The notes beneath the pieces were generated by a model. It made no database searches. It was given only the letters and a program-made list of their open reading frames with translations, and was not told the origin of the DNA. Position numbers and translations under genes: made by a program. This document shows, one piece after another, positions 38,834 through 51,938 of a DNA stretch of 64,000 bases; position 1 is the first letter of the stretch; every line of letters starts with the position of its first letter. Origin of the DNA: Octopus vulgaris (taxonomy: Eukaryota); the NCBI GenBank assembly GCA_951406725.2, contig OX597821.1, forward strand, positions 7,502,001 through 7,566,000, in the 5' to 3' direction.

Positions 38834-39871
38834 ATATATATAGGTTTGTATATGCATATATATATATGTGTGTGTATATATTTATATGTATATATTTGTG
38901 TGTCTGTGTTTGCCGCCACCCTGCCATCGCTTGACAAGCAATGCTGGTGTGTTTACGTTCCCATAACTGGGCTTACGAAGAATAAGTCATGGGGTCAATT
39001 TCTTCAACCAAAATCCTTTAAGGCAGTGCTTTAGCATGGCCACAGTCAAATGACTGACACAAGTAAAAGAATAAAAGAATAATGTGTTATTTAAATATTT
39101 ATTTGTAAACACTACGTTTGATTGATATTTTGACTGTTATTTCTAGCATGTGGAGTAACTGAATTGAAGCAGTCTGGTTGATTAGGAATATCTTTTGTAG
39201 AATTACTTTTAGTAGACAACCAATAATGTGAAGATAAATGTAATTCTTTGTGCATAAAGGCAGATTAGTTTGGCATATAGCCAAAACTAATATCGAATTT
39301 TACATTTTAGTTCTTCTTTCTCCTGTTTCTTGCAGTAAATTTCTCATAAATATGTTATTTAACACAAGGAGGACATGTCGAATTCTAAAAATTTTATTCA
39401 ATAAATATTTATTTTTACTTCATAAATTGATTTCTAAATTTAACACAATTATCAATTTTGGTGTGTGTGTGCATGTTTGTGTGAGTCAATGTAGTCAATT
39501 GAAATAATCCCTCTCAACAAGTTGTCCCTGGGTGGAAAAACTTACAATCAAAAAACATTCTAGCCAATAGCATTCTATCTCTCAGTCAGTGTATCAACAA
39601 TAAAATGTACAGCTTGTAGTATAGCTAACATGAGATAGCATTTTTTGCATTGGCATATATGTATGTGCATATATTCAGGATTTTTTACTAAGCATTTGTA
39701 TTGTATATAAATGCCTAAGCTGTTTGCTTGGCAACAAAGAACCAGTCTCACTTCTGTTGCAGTCAATACATTTTCAGTAGAAATATATATAAATTCATTT
39801 TTGATACGATGATGATGATATTTATTTGCCATTCATTGGACAAGTGTGGTGTTTTTCCAATTGAGAAAAGT

Positions 39872-40090
39872 TGCAGCAAGTGAGACTCAAATTTGTAACT
39901 ACTGAGGCTCACATCTATGGCAGCTGAAGTTCATATCTGTAATCTGTAACAGTTAAAGCTTAAATCTGGCAGCTAAGACACAAATCTGTGGAAGCTGAGA
40001 CTCAAATCTCTGGCAACGTAGACTCAAATGTATAGCAACTAAAGCTCAAATCTGCAGCTACTGAGGCTCAAATTGTAACAGCTAAGTCTC
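39872..40090. repeat. Degenerate ~22-bp minisatellite (gcagctgagactcaaatctgt-like), about 9 units
   Basis: The ctcaaat motif recurs at about 21-22-bp spacing. Confidence 0.75.
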
Positions 40091-40369
40091 AAATCTATCA
40101 CAGCTAAAGTTTTTCTCAAGGTCACATAGTCGGCACATTCTCCACATTCTAACAAACACCTCTTATCATTACACCTCTCATTTACTTCAATTTTCTCAAA
40201 TATCTTCTTTTTATTTCATTGGTTTGTATATATATATATATCTTCTTACTCACTTCCTAGCATACATTTATTTTAAATATTTTCTTTTTTTTTAATCATA
40301 TTTCTACTTTCTTCCATTTAGAAATTAGTCCTACTAATTAGACTTAATAAGGCTAATAGTAATTAGTGT

Positions 40370-41000
40370 TTCAAATTTTTGGATATGGTCAAATTTTTTT
40401 TTTTTATGTTAGTGGAGGAGATAAATCAGTCCTAATGTTTAATTAGTACTTGCTTTATTGACCCCACTAAGGAAGAAAAGGTCCAAGTTGACTCAACGGG
40501 ATTTGAACTCAAACTGCCACTAAGCATGTTGTCCAACATGCTAGTGATTCCACCAGCTCATCACCTTAAATAATAATGATATTTTCTTATTTTGGCACAA
40601 GGCCAGTAATTTTGCAGGGAATGGGAAAGTCAGTTACTTACACCCCATTATTTGATTGATCTGTCATCCTTTCAGGGTCAATATAATAAAGTACCAAAGT
40701 TGACCATGGCAAAATTTCAACTCAGACCTTATGATTTAGAAGAAATGTCGCTAAGCATCTTGTCTGACAAGCTAAGCATTTTGTCTGCTCACTACCATAA
40801 GGATAATAATAATCACCCTTTCTACTATAGGCACAAGGCCTGAAATTTTGAGGGAGAGGGTTACTTGATTACATCGACCCCAGCACTTAACTAGTACTTA
40901 TCTCTGAAAGGATGAAAAACAAAGTCAACTTCAGCAGAATTTGAACTCAGAATGTAAAGATGGACAAAATGCTGCTGGGCAGTTCTACCAGCTCACTACC

Positions 41001-41037
<37 letters not shown>

Positions 41038-41426
41038 TAATAATGATAATAATAAAATTTTAGCACAAGACTAGCAATTTTGGTGGAGGGAGATAGTTGA
41101 TTACATCAACCCCTGTACTGGGGTTCACTGATCCCAAAAGGACTAAAGGAAAAAGTCAATCTCAGTAGAATTTGAACTCAGAACACAGACAGGTAAAATG
41201 CCAGCATTCTAACCATTCTGCCAGTTTATTGCCTTACTCTTTTACTTGTTTCAGTCATTTGACTGTGGCCATGCCTTTAGTCAAGCAAATCGACCCCAGG
41301 ACTTATTCTTTGTAAGCCTAGTACTTATTCTATCGGTCTCTTTTGCCAAACCGCTAAGTTACGGGGATGTAAACCCACCAGCATTGGTTGTCAAGCAATG
41401 TTGAAGACGAAAACACAGATACACAA

Positions 41427-41469
<43 letters not shown>

Positions 41470-42275
41470 CGACGGGCTTCTTTCAGTTTCCGTCTACCAA
41501 ATCCATTCACAAGGCTTTGGTCAGCCCGAGGCTATAGTAGAAGACACTTGCCTAAGGTGCCACGCAGTGGAACTGAACCCGAAACCATGTGGTTGGTAAG
41601 CAAGCTACTTACCACACAGCCACTCCTGCGCCTATAAATCAGAAAAAATGCCACTAAGCATTTTGTCCAGCACTCTAATGATTCTACCAGTATGCTGTCT
41701 AATAATAATAATAATAATAATAATAATCCTCTCTACTAAAGGCACAAGGGCTGAAATTTGTGGTGGGTGGGGGATAAGTCAATTACATCAACCTCAGTGT
41801 TTCACTGGTACTTTATTTACTGACCCTGAAAGGATGAAAGGCAAAGTCGACCTTTGCAGAATTTGAACTTAGAATGCAGTGACAGGCAAAATACTGCTAA
41901 GCATTTAGTCCAGAGTGTTAACAATTCTGCCAGCTTGCCACCTTCAAATAATAATGATGATGACGACGACGATGACAGTTTCAAACTTTAGCGCAAGGCC
42001 AGTAATTTCGAGGGAGTGAATAGGTTGATTACATTGGCCCCAGTGTTCAACTTGTATTTATTTTATTGACCCTGAAGGGTGGAAAGGCAAAGTCAACTTC
42101 AACAGAATTTGAACTCAGAACATACAGATGAATGAAATGCCACTAAGCATTTTGTCTAGCTTGCTAACCAGGTTTTGTATTAAAAACACAAGGCCTGAAA
42201 CTTTGAGGGGGAAAAGGGGCCAGTTGATTACATCGACCCCAGTGCGTAACTGGTACTTATTTTATCGACCCCAAT
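40370..42275 (-). mobile_element. Chain of about 7 SINE family 2 copies, with a family 1 copy at 41235-41632
   Basis: Repeated gaatttgaactcagaa (reverse B-box) motifs separated by (AAT)n. Confidence 0.8.
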
Positions 42276-42311
<36 letters not shown>

Positions 42312-42403
42312 TACATCTTCCTATATACTGTCCCTTGTTTCTTCTGTTGAGGTTGTTAACTACGATCCCTTTTAGTTTCCTTGCAAAAAGGGAGTAGAAG
42401 ATA

Positions 42404-42816
42404 ACTCTTTACTCTCACTCTTTTACTTATTTCAGTCATTTGACTGTGGCCATGCTTGAGCACCGCCTTAAGTCGAGCAAATCGCCCCCAGGACTTATTC
42501 TTTGTAAGCCTAGTACTTATTCTATCGGTTCTCTTTTGCCGAACCGCTGAGTTACAGGGACGTAAACACCCCATAATAGGTTGTCAAGTGATGTTGGGGG
42601 TACAAACACAGACACACAAGCATATACACACACACACACACACACATATATATACATATATATGGTGGGCTTCTTTTAGTTTCCGTCTACCAAATCCACT
42701 CACAAGGCTTTGGTCGGCCCAGTGTTATAGTAGAAGACACTTGCCCAAGGTGCCATGCAGTGGGACTCAACCCGGAACCATGTGGTTGGTTAGCAAGCTA
42801 CTTACCACACAGCCAC
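42404..42816 (-). mobile_element. SINE family 1
   Basis: High identity to the other copies. Confidence 0.88.
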
Positions 42817-43281
42817 TTATTTTCTTTTTCCTTTTTAAGTACATAAAAATGACACCTGGAACCATAAACACCAGGCTAGGTGAATTGCATTTCTTACAGA
42901 TATCACAAACTCTATTCAGGTGTAGCAATTAATTTTCAGATTCCTCACCTTATATCATGAATGTAAATGATAGCCATCCGGTTAGCAACACAAGGATCTC
43001 AGTCTTCTCTTCCTTGTGCAAGTATCTATATCACTTAGAAATAAATACATACATACCTGAGCATATGTATGTTCAATATATGTGTGTGTGTGTGTACATG
43101 TGCATGTAGATTTGTATGTGTGTGTGTATATGTGTATGTGCGTGTGTGTACGTATATGTGTATATGCATGTGTGTATGTATATGTGTGTACATGTATGTG
43201 TGTGTGTGTATATATGTGTATATGCATGTGTGTCTGTGTATGTGTGTACATGTATGTGTATATATATTCTTTCTTTTTCTT

Positions 43282-43674
43282 TTTTGACTTGTTTCAGTCA
43301 TTTGACTGCGGCCATGCTGGAGCACCGCCATTAGTTGAACAAATCAACCCCAGGACTTATTCTTTGTAAGCCCAGTACTTATTCTATTGGTCTCTTTTGC
43401 CGAACCGCTAAGTGACGGGGACGTAAACACACCAGCATCGGTTGTCAAGCAATGCTAGGAGGACAAACACAGAGACACAAACACACACACACACATATAT
43501 ATACATATATACGACAGGCTTCTTTCAGTTTCCGTCTACCAAATCCACTCACAAGGCATTGGTCGGCCCGGGGCTATAGCAGAAGACACTTGCCCAAGAT
43601 GCCACGCAGTGGGACTGAACCCGGAACCATGTGGTTGGTTAGCAAGCTACTTACCACAGAGCCACTCCTGCGCC
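43282..43674 (-). mobile_element. Full-length SINE family 1
   Basis: High identity to the other copies. Confidence 0.9.
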
Positions 43675-43678
43675 TATA

Positions 43679-43709
<31 letters not shown>

Positions 43710-43716
43710 GTGTATG

Positions 43717-45256
43717 CACTGTGTTTCAAAGTATTAACAGCGTAACATCTTTTTATTTTATTTAAAAACTTCTTGTTGAAATCCAACAAAATTTTCACAG
43801 AATGATGGCATCAGTTATATGTGCATGGTGTATAAAAAGCATGAGGTTCTGTAAAACAACTCGGAAACTACGGCCATTTACCAAATTTACATAAACTTTC
43901 ACTGTTTCAGATTATTAGCATGGTGTAATTAAGAGTCATGCAAATAAGAAAATATGAATTTGATTGTTTGATGTACTTACTGAAATAAACACATGTAGTC
44001 ATAAATATGGAAAAAATAGAAATAAACAAATAAACAGCATTCAAAAATGATTGAACTGCTTAGTAAGGGATATATTAGCCTTTGTTCGAAATGCTGAAAA
44101 AGGTGCTGGCCCATGGAACATGTTAATTTCTGGATCTCCTCTGATGTTACACCATGAGGTATATGCACCATTGGTAGCCATAGTTCATCCTTGCTCCTAA
44201 ATTGGTGTCCATTCTTGTAAATTCATTGTTTTGGAATACACCACAAGGAACAGGGCAAGCCATTTCATCTCCCGAGGTTCACAGAAGTCTGATTGTTGCA
44301 GATATTCTGTAGTTTTCTTTGCTGGGTGCAAGGGCGCATTATCTTGCATAAATATTATGGTTGCCTTGAAGGGGGTCCTTTGCTTTTTTTAACCAAGATT
44401 CAAGGTGTTCCCTCAGAAAGGCTATATAAACATCCACAGTCACTTTAACACCATCAGGCACTTTCCAAGGACCAACCATAATACCTATAATAATACCTGC
44501 CCAAATCATGATGCCTCCTCTTCCTTGTTGGCATCTCAAGCGTTGATAATGACCTCATCCATTTGCAACCCATCTCTTGCTTCAACCATCAGGTCCATAA
44601 AGGATAGTACGAGTTTCATCCGTAAACAGAAGTTTTTAAAAGTTGACCGTCATGCTATCTTCTGTCCACTTCAGATGAATTTTGTGTAAAGGAGGCCTTT
44701 TAACTGATGTCACTGGTTTACCAACCATTTTCAGAAGATGACATTGAGTAGTTCTGGATACAGTTGCTTCACCAATGCACTTGAAAAGTTCTCCACTTGT
44801 AAGACTTGGGTTCTTTAAAGCTTCACACTTAATTCGTGACTGAAAATGTTGAGAAACAGCCCTCAACTAGCCCTTGTCAGCTCTCTTACACATCTTCAAA
44901 GGAGTTGTGACAAATTTTTTCACATTTTGGTGATATCTTCCAATTATTTTATATATTTCTAATGTTGATTTATCTTTTGCAACTTTAGAAGTAATAACAG
45001 ATTTCTCTCAAGTCACATTCACAACCCATATTTACTTGATTATCAGACCATTCTTTAATAATTTGGAACACTGAAAGTTCGTGGAAATCATGCAAATGGC
45101 TGTGGGTTTTTTTTACAGTTGTGGAAAACCTCCTGTTTTTCCACATACCACACACACTTAACTCTTGCTACCATTGTGTGGAAATTTTGCTGAATTCCAA
45201 TAAGTAGTTTTTAAATAAAATAAAATGTTACGTCATTAATAATTTGGAATGCAATG
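43717..45256 (-). mobile_element. Degenerate Tc1-family transposon with ~210-bp IR/DR-type TIRs; transposase relic at about 44030-45029
   Basis: Diverged long TIRs cactgtgtttcaaagtatt.../...aataatttggaatgcaatg|TA. Motifs include FTDE, RCQQGRGGIMIWAGII, GPWKVPDGVKV and MQDNAPLH. Confidence 0.85.
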
Positions 45257-45280
45257 TATATATATATATTTATATACATA

Positions 45281-45550
45281 CAAAGTATACTCGCAGCAAG
45301 TATAGATGGGCTGGACACGTCACCCGGCTCACTGATAATCGGTGGACGCACGCAGTTGTCGAGTGGTACCCGCGTGAGTGGAAAAGACCACCCGGAAGAC
45401 CTCCACGACAGTGGAGTGACGATTTCAAGAGGACGATTGGGATCACGTGGATGAGAAAGGCGCGATCGAGAGAGGAGTGGACAGCGTGCTGTGACCAGCG
45501 GTGTCAAATGGACGCCTGATGGACAGGTCAGGCAAAGTAAACAAAGTGAT
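45281..45550 (+). mobile_element. 5'-truncated RTE-clade LINE, ORF C-terminus
   Basis: KYRWAGHVTRLTDNRWTHAVVEWYPREWKRPPGRPPRQWSDD...RSREEW contains the WAGHV and GRP..W RTE motifs. Confidence 0.88.
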
Positions 45551-45717
45551 ATATATATATATGTATGTATGTATGTCATTATTATCATTATCATCATCAA
45601 ACATCTGCTTTCCATGCTGGCATAGGTCAGATGGTTTGAGAGGAGCTGGCAAGCCAGAAGATTGCACCATGTTCTGTTTACTTTGACATGGTTTCTGCAG
45701 CAGGATGCCTTTCCTAA

Positions 45718-46144
45718 TGGTCTCAAAAATTTGTCCTACGAAGAAAGGCTGAGGACGCTCGACCTTTGTTCTCTTGAAAAACGCCGCCACCGTGGTGATC
45801 TCATTCTCGCCCACAACATCATAAGCGGGAAGTGTAACCTCTCGAAAGAGCTGTTCTTCACTCCTGCTCCGGATTGTCGGCTGCGGGGTCATTCCGAAAA
45901 GCTCTACCTGCGACGATTTCATCTCAATCGAAGGAGAGGAGCTTTCTCCGTCCGGGTTGCGGATCCGTGGAACAAGCTGCCAGACGAGATGGTGAAGATG
46001 CCGACGACCGCTTTGTTCAAAGCCTCCCTGGACCTCAAGTGGCCTGAACTCTTTACATGAACACCACCCTGTACTTAACTCCATGTCCCCCTACATGGCC
46101 TTGCTATTTGCTTTTGAGCCAAATTAACTAACTAACTAACTAAC
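45718..46144 (+). mobile_element. 5'-truncated CR1-clade LINE (ORF2 C-terminus to 46060, 3' UTR, (CTAA)n tail)
   Basis: LSYEERLRTLDLCSLEKRRHRGDLI...LRGHSEKL...FSVRVADPWNKLP are CR1 C-terminal motifs. Confidence 0.9.
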
Positions 46145-46610
46145 GCCAACCTCTTCACAGAGTGTACTGAGTGAATTATACATTGCACCAACACCAGTGG
46201 TGTTACTAACTACCTTGCAAAACAAGACCCCCTTCCGTTGATGGGTGGAGGAGAGTAGCTTTGTGGTAGGAGAGGTTAAAATATAATTGAGAGACAGAAA
46301 CAGGTGTCTTTCTGTAAAGGAGATATGTGGCTGCCCAAGCAGAAAAAATAGAGAGAGAGGGAGAGAGAAGATGATGATGATGATGAAGCTGTGTTTTGGT
46401 ACGCCAAGTTACTGGGAGGGGGTCTATGAATAGTACAGCAGGTTGGATAGGATGAGTGAGCAGGAGTATTCACAAGAGGGTGAAGGGAACTGGAAGGGGA
46501 GAGAATGTGGTGATGAATGAACACAGTCAGAAGGAGGGAGGGTATTAACAAGATATGTTGAAGGAGTGATTTTTTTATCAGGGACAAATATATTTTATAT
46601 ATATATATAT

Positions 46611-46773
46611 AGACGCAAGAGTGGCTGTCTGGTAAGTAGCTTGTCTACCAACCACATAATTCCGGGTTCAGTCCCACTGCGTGGCATCTTGGGCAAGTGT
46701 CTTCTGCTATAGACTCGGGCCAACCAAAGCCTTGTGAGTGGATTTGGTAGACGGAAACTGAAAGAAGCCTGTC

Positions 46774-46838
<65 letters not shown>

Positions 46839-47045
46839 TGTGTGTGTTTGTGTGTTTGTCCCCTAACATTGCTTGACAACCGATGCTGGTGTGTTTACGT
46901 CCCCATCACTTAGCGGTTCGGCAAAAGGGACTGATAGAATAAGTACTGGGCTTACAAAAGAATAAGTCCCGGGGTTGAGTTGCTCGATTAAAGGTGTTGC
47001 TCCAGCATGACCGCAGTCAAATGACTGAAACAAGTAAAAGAATAA
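46611..47045 (+). mobile_element. Full-length SINE family 1
   Basis: High identity to the other copies. Confidence 0.9.
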
Positions 47046-47455
47046 AAAAGAATATATTAAATTCAAATTACAATGAACGTAAACAAACAAACATACAAAG
47101 TTTGCTTTAGAAGAGTTGAGATATCTTAGAAAGTTAAAGAAGTGATTTTAAATTCTCAAACGCAGGATAATGCTAATAATATAGCCTGAACAGGTTAAGC
47201 TACCCTTATTTTGCAGAAAAAGGTGTTGGTAGCCGGCTGTGAAACACGAACTCATACTTCCGTGATTACGTGGTGCGGTGCTCTGAACCAGTAAGCTAAA
47301 TTGCCCACACCAAAAATTCTTCCACAAGTTTAAGATATATAGAAATCTCGCTTTATGAGATGCTATCATATGTTAAATTAAAATGATGATGAACATAGAC
47401 AAACGAAGTTTCCTTCAGAAGCATTGAGATCCTCATATATATACATATATATATA

Positions 47456-47666
47456 CAAGGGGTTGGTGAAAAGTTCTTGGCCTTGGATAAAAGAAAATAC
47501 AGGAAGATTTTATTCAATATATTCCCCTCTCAGATTCACAAACTTATTGCAATGGTCCAAAAGTCCTTCAGTTTTTCTAAGCTCTGTGAAAGAACTCAGA
47601 AGGTTGGACCTCCAACCAGGCCTTTCATGATACCCTTAAAGCCAGGAACTTTTGAGCACCCCCTAG
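47456..47666 (-). mobile_element. Mariner-derived MITE, third copy
   Basis: Reverse complement of 16171-16387. Confidence 0.75.
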
Positions 47667-47750
47667 TGTGTGTGTGTGTGTGTATACATAAATAAATATA
47701 TACATACATACATGCACGTCTAGAGAGAACCCATGATGTAGCCTCTTGAG

Positions 47751-48053
47751 CAATGATTCTTAACTGGGGTCCACATACGCAAAATAGTAAATTGGGTCCT
47801 CAGTATTAATTTAAGGATCCATGAGAAATTTTGCCAGAGATCTGTTTATTGCAAGAAATAGCTAGGTTTGTTTCTCTAATGTTTTACATAGTTCAACCTA
47901 CACAATTTAATGGTTAATGAACGAAACAGTAATTTTGAAAGAAGCATCTATGAAATTAGATTTTAAGCACCAAATGGCTCTGGGGGTCCACTGGAATAAA
48001 ATAGTACCCAGAGGGGTCCATAGATAAAAAAAATAAATGGTTGAGAATCACTG
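47751..48053. mobile_element. hAT (Charlie-like) MITE
   Basis: TIRs caatgattcttaac / gttgagaatcactg. The 8-bp TSD ctcttgag / ctctagag fits an NTCTAGAN-type target. Confidence 0.78.
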
Positions 48054-48462
48054 CTCTAGAGGGTCACTCACTAGTTATACACCTATGTATAACACATACA
48101 CTGAAGAAATATGCATCCACCCACACAGCCCCACACATACACACACATACAACATATGCACCTACGCATAATATATATACCCATTGCAACATATATTTAT
48201 ATTTACAACTAAATACAACACATACATACACTCGCAACACGTATACACCAACACAACACACACATATATATACTCACACACAACACAAATCTATGCACCT
48301 ATACACAACACACAAATTAAACGCCCAGTGCACAGCATACACATATGTACATTCACACGCAATACATATACACCTGTATACAACATATACATATCCTCGT
48401 GTCTGCAGACATGCGCTTCATACATGCACACACAGCAAATATAAACAGATGCATTCACATGG

Positions 48463-48529
<67 letters not shown>

Positions 48530-48775
48530 CTTCCCACGCTTACACCCACAAATGTTCTGATATAAATCAAAAAGTAAGCCTCTTAAATAAGGCTTAAATA
48601 AGGAAAGGACATATCAGATAAAATAGTTTTTCATAGTCTTCTTTTTTTTTGTGGGTGGTCACAGCTGGAATGGTTTGATCTTAGGTCTGATTGATTAGTG
48701 TTCATCTGGAGTTAAACAACATATGTATCTATGTGTGTTTATCTATCTGTCAGTGTGTGTGTATATATATGTATA

Positions 48776-48810
<35 letters not shown>

Positions 48811-49254
48811 TTACACTCACTCACACACACACCGTGTGCATATATTTACTTGTGTGTGTGTAGGTGTGCTGTATTCATTCACCAAGTCATATGCAGCTAT
48901 GCTGGTTTTCCTTTTCTTTAGATTTTATTCAATTAGTTAAGCTTATCCTCGTTAGCATTGCTTTCTGAATGCCTGTTCTTTTATCCATTCTTTAAGTCGG
49001 CAAACAGCTCACACCTACTCATATATTTGCCATCACACACACACACACACTTACACATACATCCACACATTTTACCATCATACACCCACATATATACATT
49101 CACCACTACACACCTACGCATACATTCACCACCACACACCTACGCATACATTCACCATCATACACCTACATAATATTCACCTTACGCCTACACACAAAAG
49201 CAACCCACACATACGCACACATATGACTCCAATACACACATACAAATAGATCTC

Positions 49255-49474
49255 TGTTTCTATCTATCTAAGTACCTGTCTATCTAGCTATCATCTATCT
49301 GTCGTCTACCTATCATTTATCTATCTACTTATCATTAATCTATCTGTCTATCTATCTATGTATCTATCTATCTATCTGTCTATCTATCTGTCTGTCTATC
49401 TACCTATCTATCTACCTATCTATCCACCTATCTATCTATCTATCTATCTATTTGTCTGTCTGTCTATCTAGCTA

Positions 49475-49522
<48 letters not shown>

Positions 49523-49580
49523 CCTGTTTGTCTACCTATCTATCTACCTATCTATCTGTCTATCCCTCCATCTATCCATC
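49255..49580. repeat. Compound (TATC)n/(TC)n microsatellite
   Basis: Directly visible in the sequence. Confidence 0.95.
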
Positions 49581-49722
49581 TGTTTCTCTGCTATACCATT
49601 TCTCTCACACATCTTCTAAGCCACAAACAATACATTAAACAAACGGTAGATAATATGAAATAAATGTTTGATATGGCACCGAACAACAAAACAAATGTCC
49701 TTCCCTGTCTTTGACCAAACAA

Positions 49723-49762
<40 letters not shown>

Positions 49763-49974
49763 GATGCTCAAATAGCTTGCAGCTAATCTATTCAGCTGCA
49801 TGTACCTGGCCAGGCAATGCTGCCATGCCAAACAATACAGCTAACCGTTACCATAAATGTCGGCAATATAATGTAATAAATATTAGATGGAAACTCACTT
49901 CACTCTCTTCAAGTAGACACACACTGGATACTGGTGCAAACGTTGCGGTGGCGTTCGTTGTCATCATCATGGCG

Positions 49975-50165
49975 TTGGTGGTGGTTGTCGCCATTGTGGT
50001 GGTGGTGGTGGTGGTGGTGGTGGTGGTGGTGGTGGTGGTGGTGGTGGTGGTGGTGGTGGTGGTCATCATTGTGGTGATTGCAGTGGCAATGGTTGTTGCA
50101 GTAATGGTTTTGGTAGTGATGGTGGTGGTGCCTGTGGTAGTGGCGTTGGTCACGTTGCTGCTGGT
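49975..50165. repeat. (GTG)n-rich trinucleotide tract
   Basis: Directly visible in the sequence. Confidence 0.9.
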
Positions 50166-50353
50166 TGCAGGTAGGAAACTCAAACACACAAGCAAATTGT
50201 TAGCTTAATGTCAATAATTTTAGTTTCTCTTTAATTCCAGCCACGCTAGAGTCATTTTTTTTTTTTATTTGGAGCAACACCATGGTTATTTACCAAAAAA
50301 ACTAGAATCCAAGCTAGATAGAACTTACACCCAAATATTAAAAACACTCTTAA

Positions 50354-50561
50354 TCCTTTAACATTCAGATTATTGCTCTGTCGAATATAATGCTTATTTA
50401 TTCACAGTTTTGAATTAAGCATGTACTGTCTCGTACATTTGGGGTTTCAATGATATGATTGTATATTTTTAGAATGACATTGTAGGGTAGGTGTAAGAGG
50501 CTGGATCTTAACAGTTTGAACATAAAACAGGTTGGATATGGCCAGTTTAAATGCTAAAGGG
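50354..50561. mobile_element. Degraded piggyBac-type MITE, second family
   Basis: TTAA|tcctttaacatt ... aatgctaaaggg|TTTA. Confidence 0.6.
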
Positions 50562-50569
50562 TTTAGATT

Positions 50570-50835
50570 TTATCTTGGAAAACTCACTTCACCGAGAAAC
50601 AGTCGTATGGAGATCTCCTGCCTGTTTCCACCATCATAAGGGAAAGGCGCTTGCATTTTGCAGGACATTGCTGGCAAGCGACCTACTGCTGTGGACGCCA
50701 AAGCATGGCCGTACTCAAGTAGGTTGTCTGAACACAACATGTAGATCAACTTATCAGAGACACTGAATGCCTCCTCAAAGACCTTCCTCAACTAATGCAA
50801 GATTGAGATTGATGGATTGCATGGGTTAAAAATGT
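50570..50835 (+). mobile_element. Old RTE/RTE-X LINE C-terminal fragment
   Basis: Frameshifted pieces RRLHFAGHCW, LLLWTPKHGRTQVG and DLPQLMQD. Confidence 0.6.
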
Positions 50836-51093
50836 CTGAACAAGCTCGACCAGATAATGATGGTCATTTAAATCCAGCACTGCTCTATAGTAGCCATCAT
50901 CATCTTCTTTACATTTGCTTTGCCATACAAGCATTGGGTTGCCACCTGTTGCTGTCCCTCATCATATCATTCCTAATATCCAGTCTCCTGCAATTCTTCA
51001 ACCTTTACCTACTTCTTCCTGTGTCTTCCCCAGTTTTCATCTGCATGATCCTTGGATCGTGTAGATGTGGATGATGATGATACAAGTATATGT

Positions 51094-51128
<35 letters not shown>

Positions 51129-51177
51129 CTGTGTGTTTTTATATATATATATATATATCTGTCTGTGTGTGTGTGTG

Positions 51178-51486
51178 GAGGCGCAATGGCCCAGTAGTTA
51201 AGGCAGCGGACTCGCAGTCAGAGGGTTGCAGTTTCGATTCCCAGACCGGGCGTTGTGTATGTTTATTGAGCAAAAACACCTAAAGCTCTATGAGGCTCTG
51301 GCAAGGGGTGGTGGCGACCCCTGTTGTACTCTTTCGCCCCAACTTTTTCTCACTCTCTCTTCTTGTTTCTTGAGTAACACTGCGATGGACTGGCGTCCCG
51401 TCCAGCTGGGGGGAACACATACGCCACAGAAACTGGGAAACCGGGCCCATGAGCCTGGCTAAGCTTGAAAAGGGTGCATAAATAAA
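51178..51486 (+). mobile_element. tRNA-derived SINE with a V/Meta-domain-like core
   Basis: tRNA-like head tggcccagtagttaaggc...gtttcgattccc and core ctgcgatggactggcgtcccgtccag. Confidence 0.7.
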
Positions 51487-51906
51487 ATATATATATATAC
51501 ACACACGTACACACATACTTGTTGTGATCAACTATTCTGTGAAATTTAAGTAAATTATCACTTTTGATACAATACACTCAACGATTCGGTAAAGTTTCTA
51601 TTTATGAAATTCCTCTCACATAGCCTGAGGCTATAGTAGAAAACATTCACCCAAGGTGTCCTGCAAGTGTCATTGAACCCAGAACTATACCATTGTGAAT
51701 CCATTTCGTTTACCACTCCATCACACTTGTTCTCGTGCTTGCCTCCCATCTTTGGAACAAAGTCAGCCAAAAACCAGCCCCCTGCAAGATTTGAACTCAG
51801 AATGCAAAGGGATTTTATTGAGTATCACAAAACAACTAGTCTAATCACTCCTCCACTCTGCTATCCTCCGCTGCTGCTGCTGCTGTTGTTGCTGTTGTTG
51901 CTGTTG

Positions 51907-51938
<32 letters not shown>

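Noticed and set aside
49711-50208. Poly-Val, poly-Thr and poly-His ORFs
   Set aside because: They come from a (GTG)n tract with no splice or domain evidence. The same applies to 11315-11552 and the poly-Ile ORFs at 13125 and 28914.
51181-51250. tRNA gene
   Set aside because: The A/B boxes run into a SINE body and no complete cloverleaf forms. The same holds for the other SINE heads.
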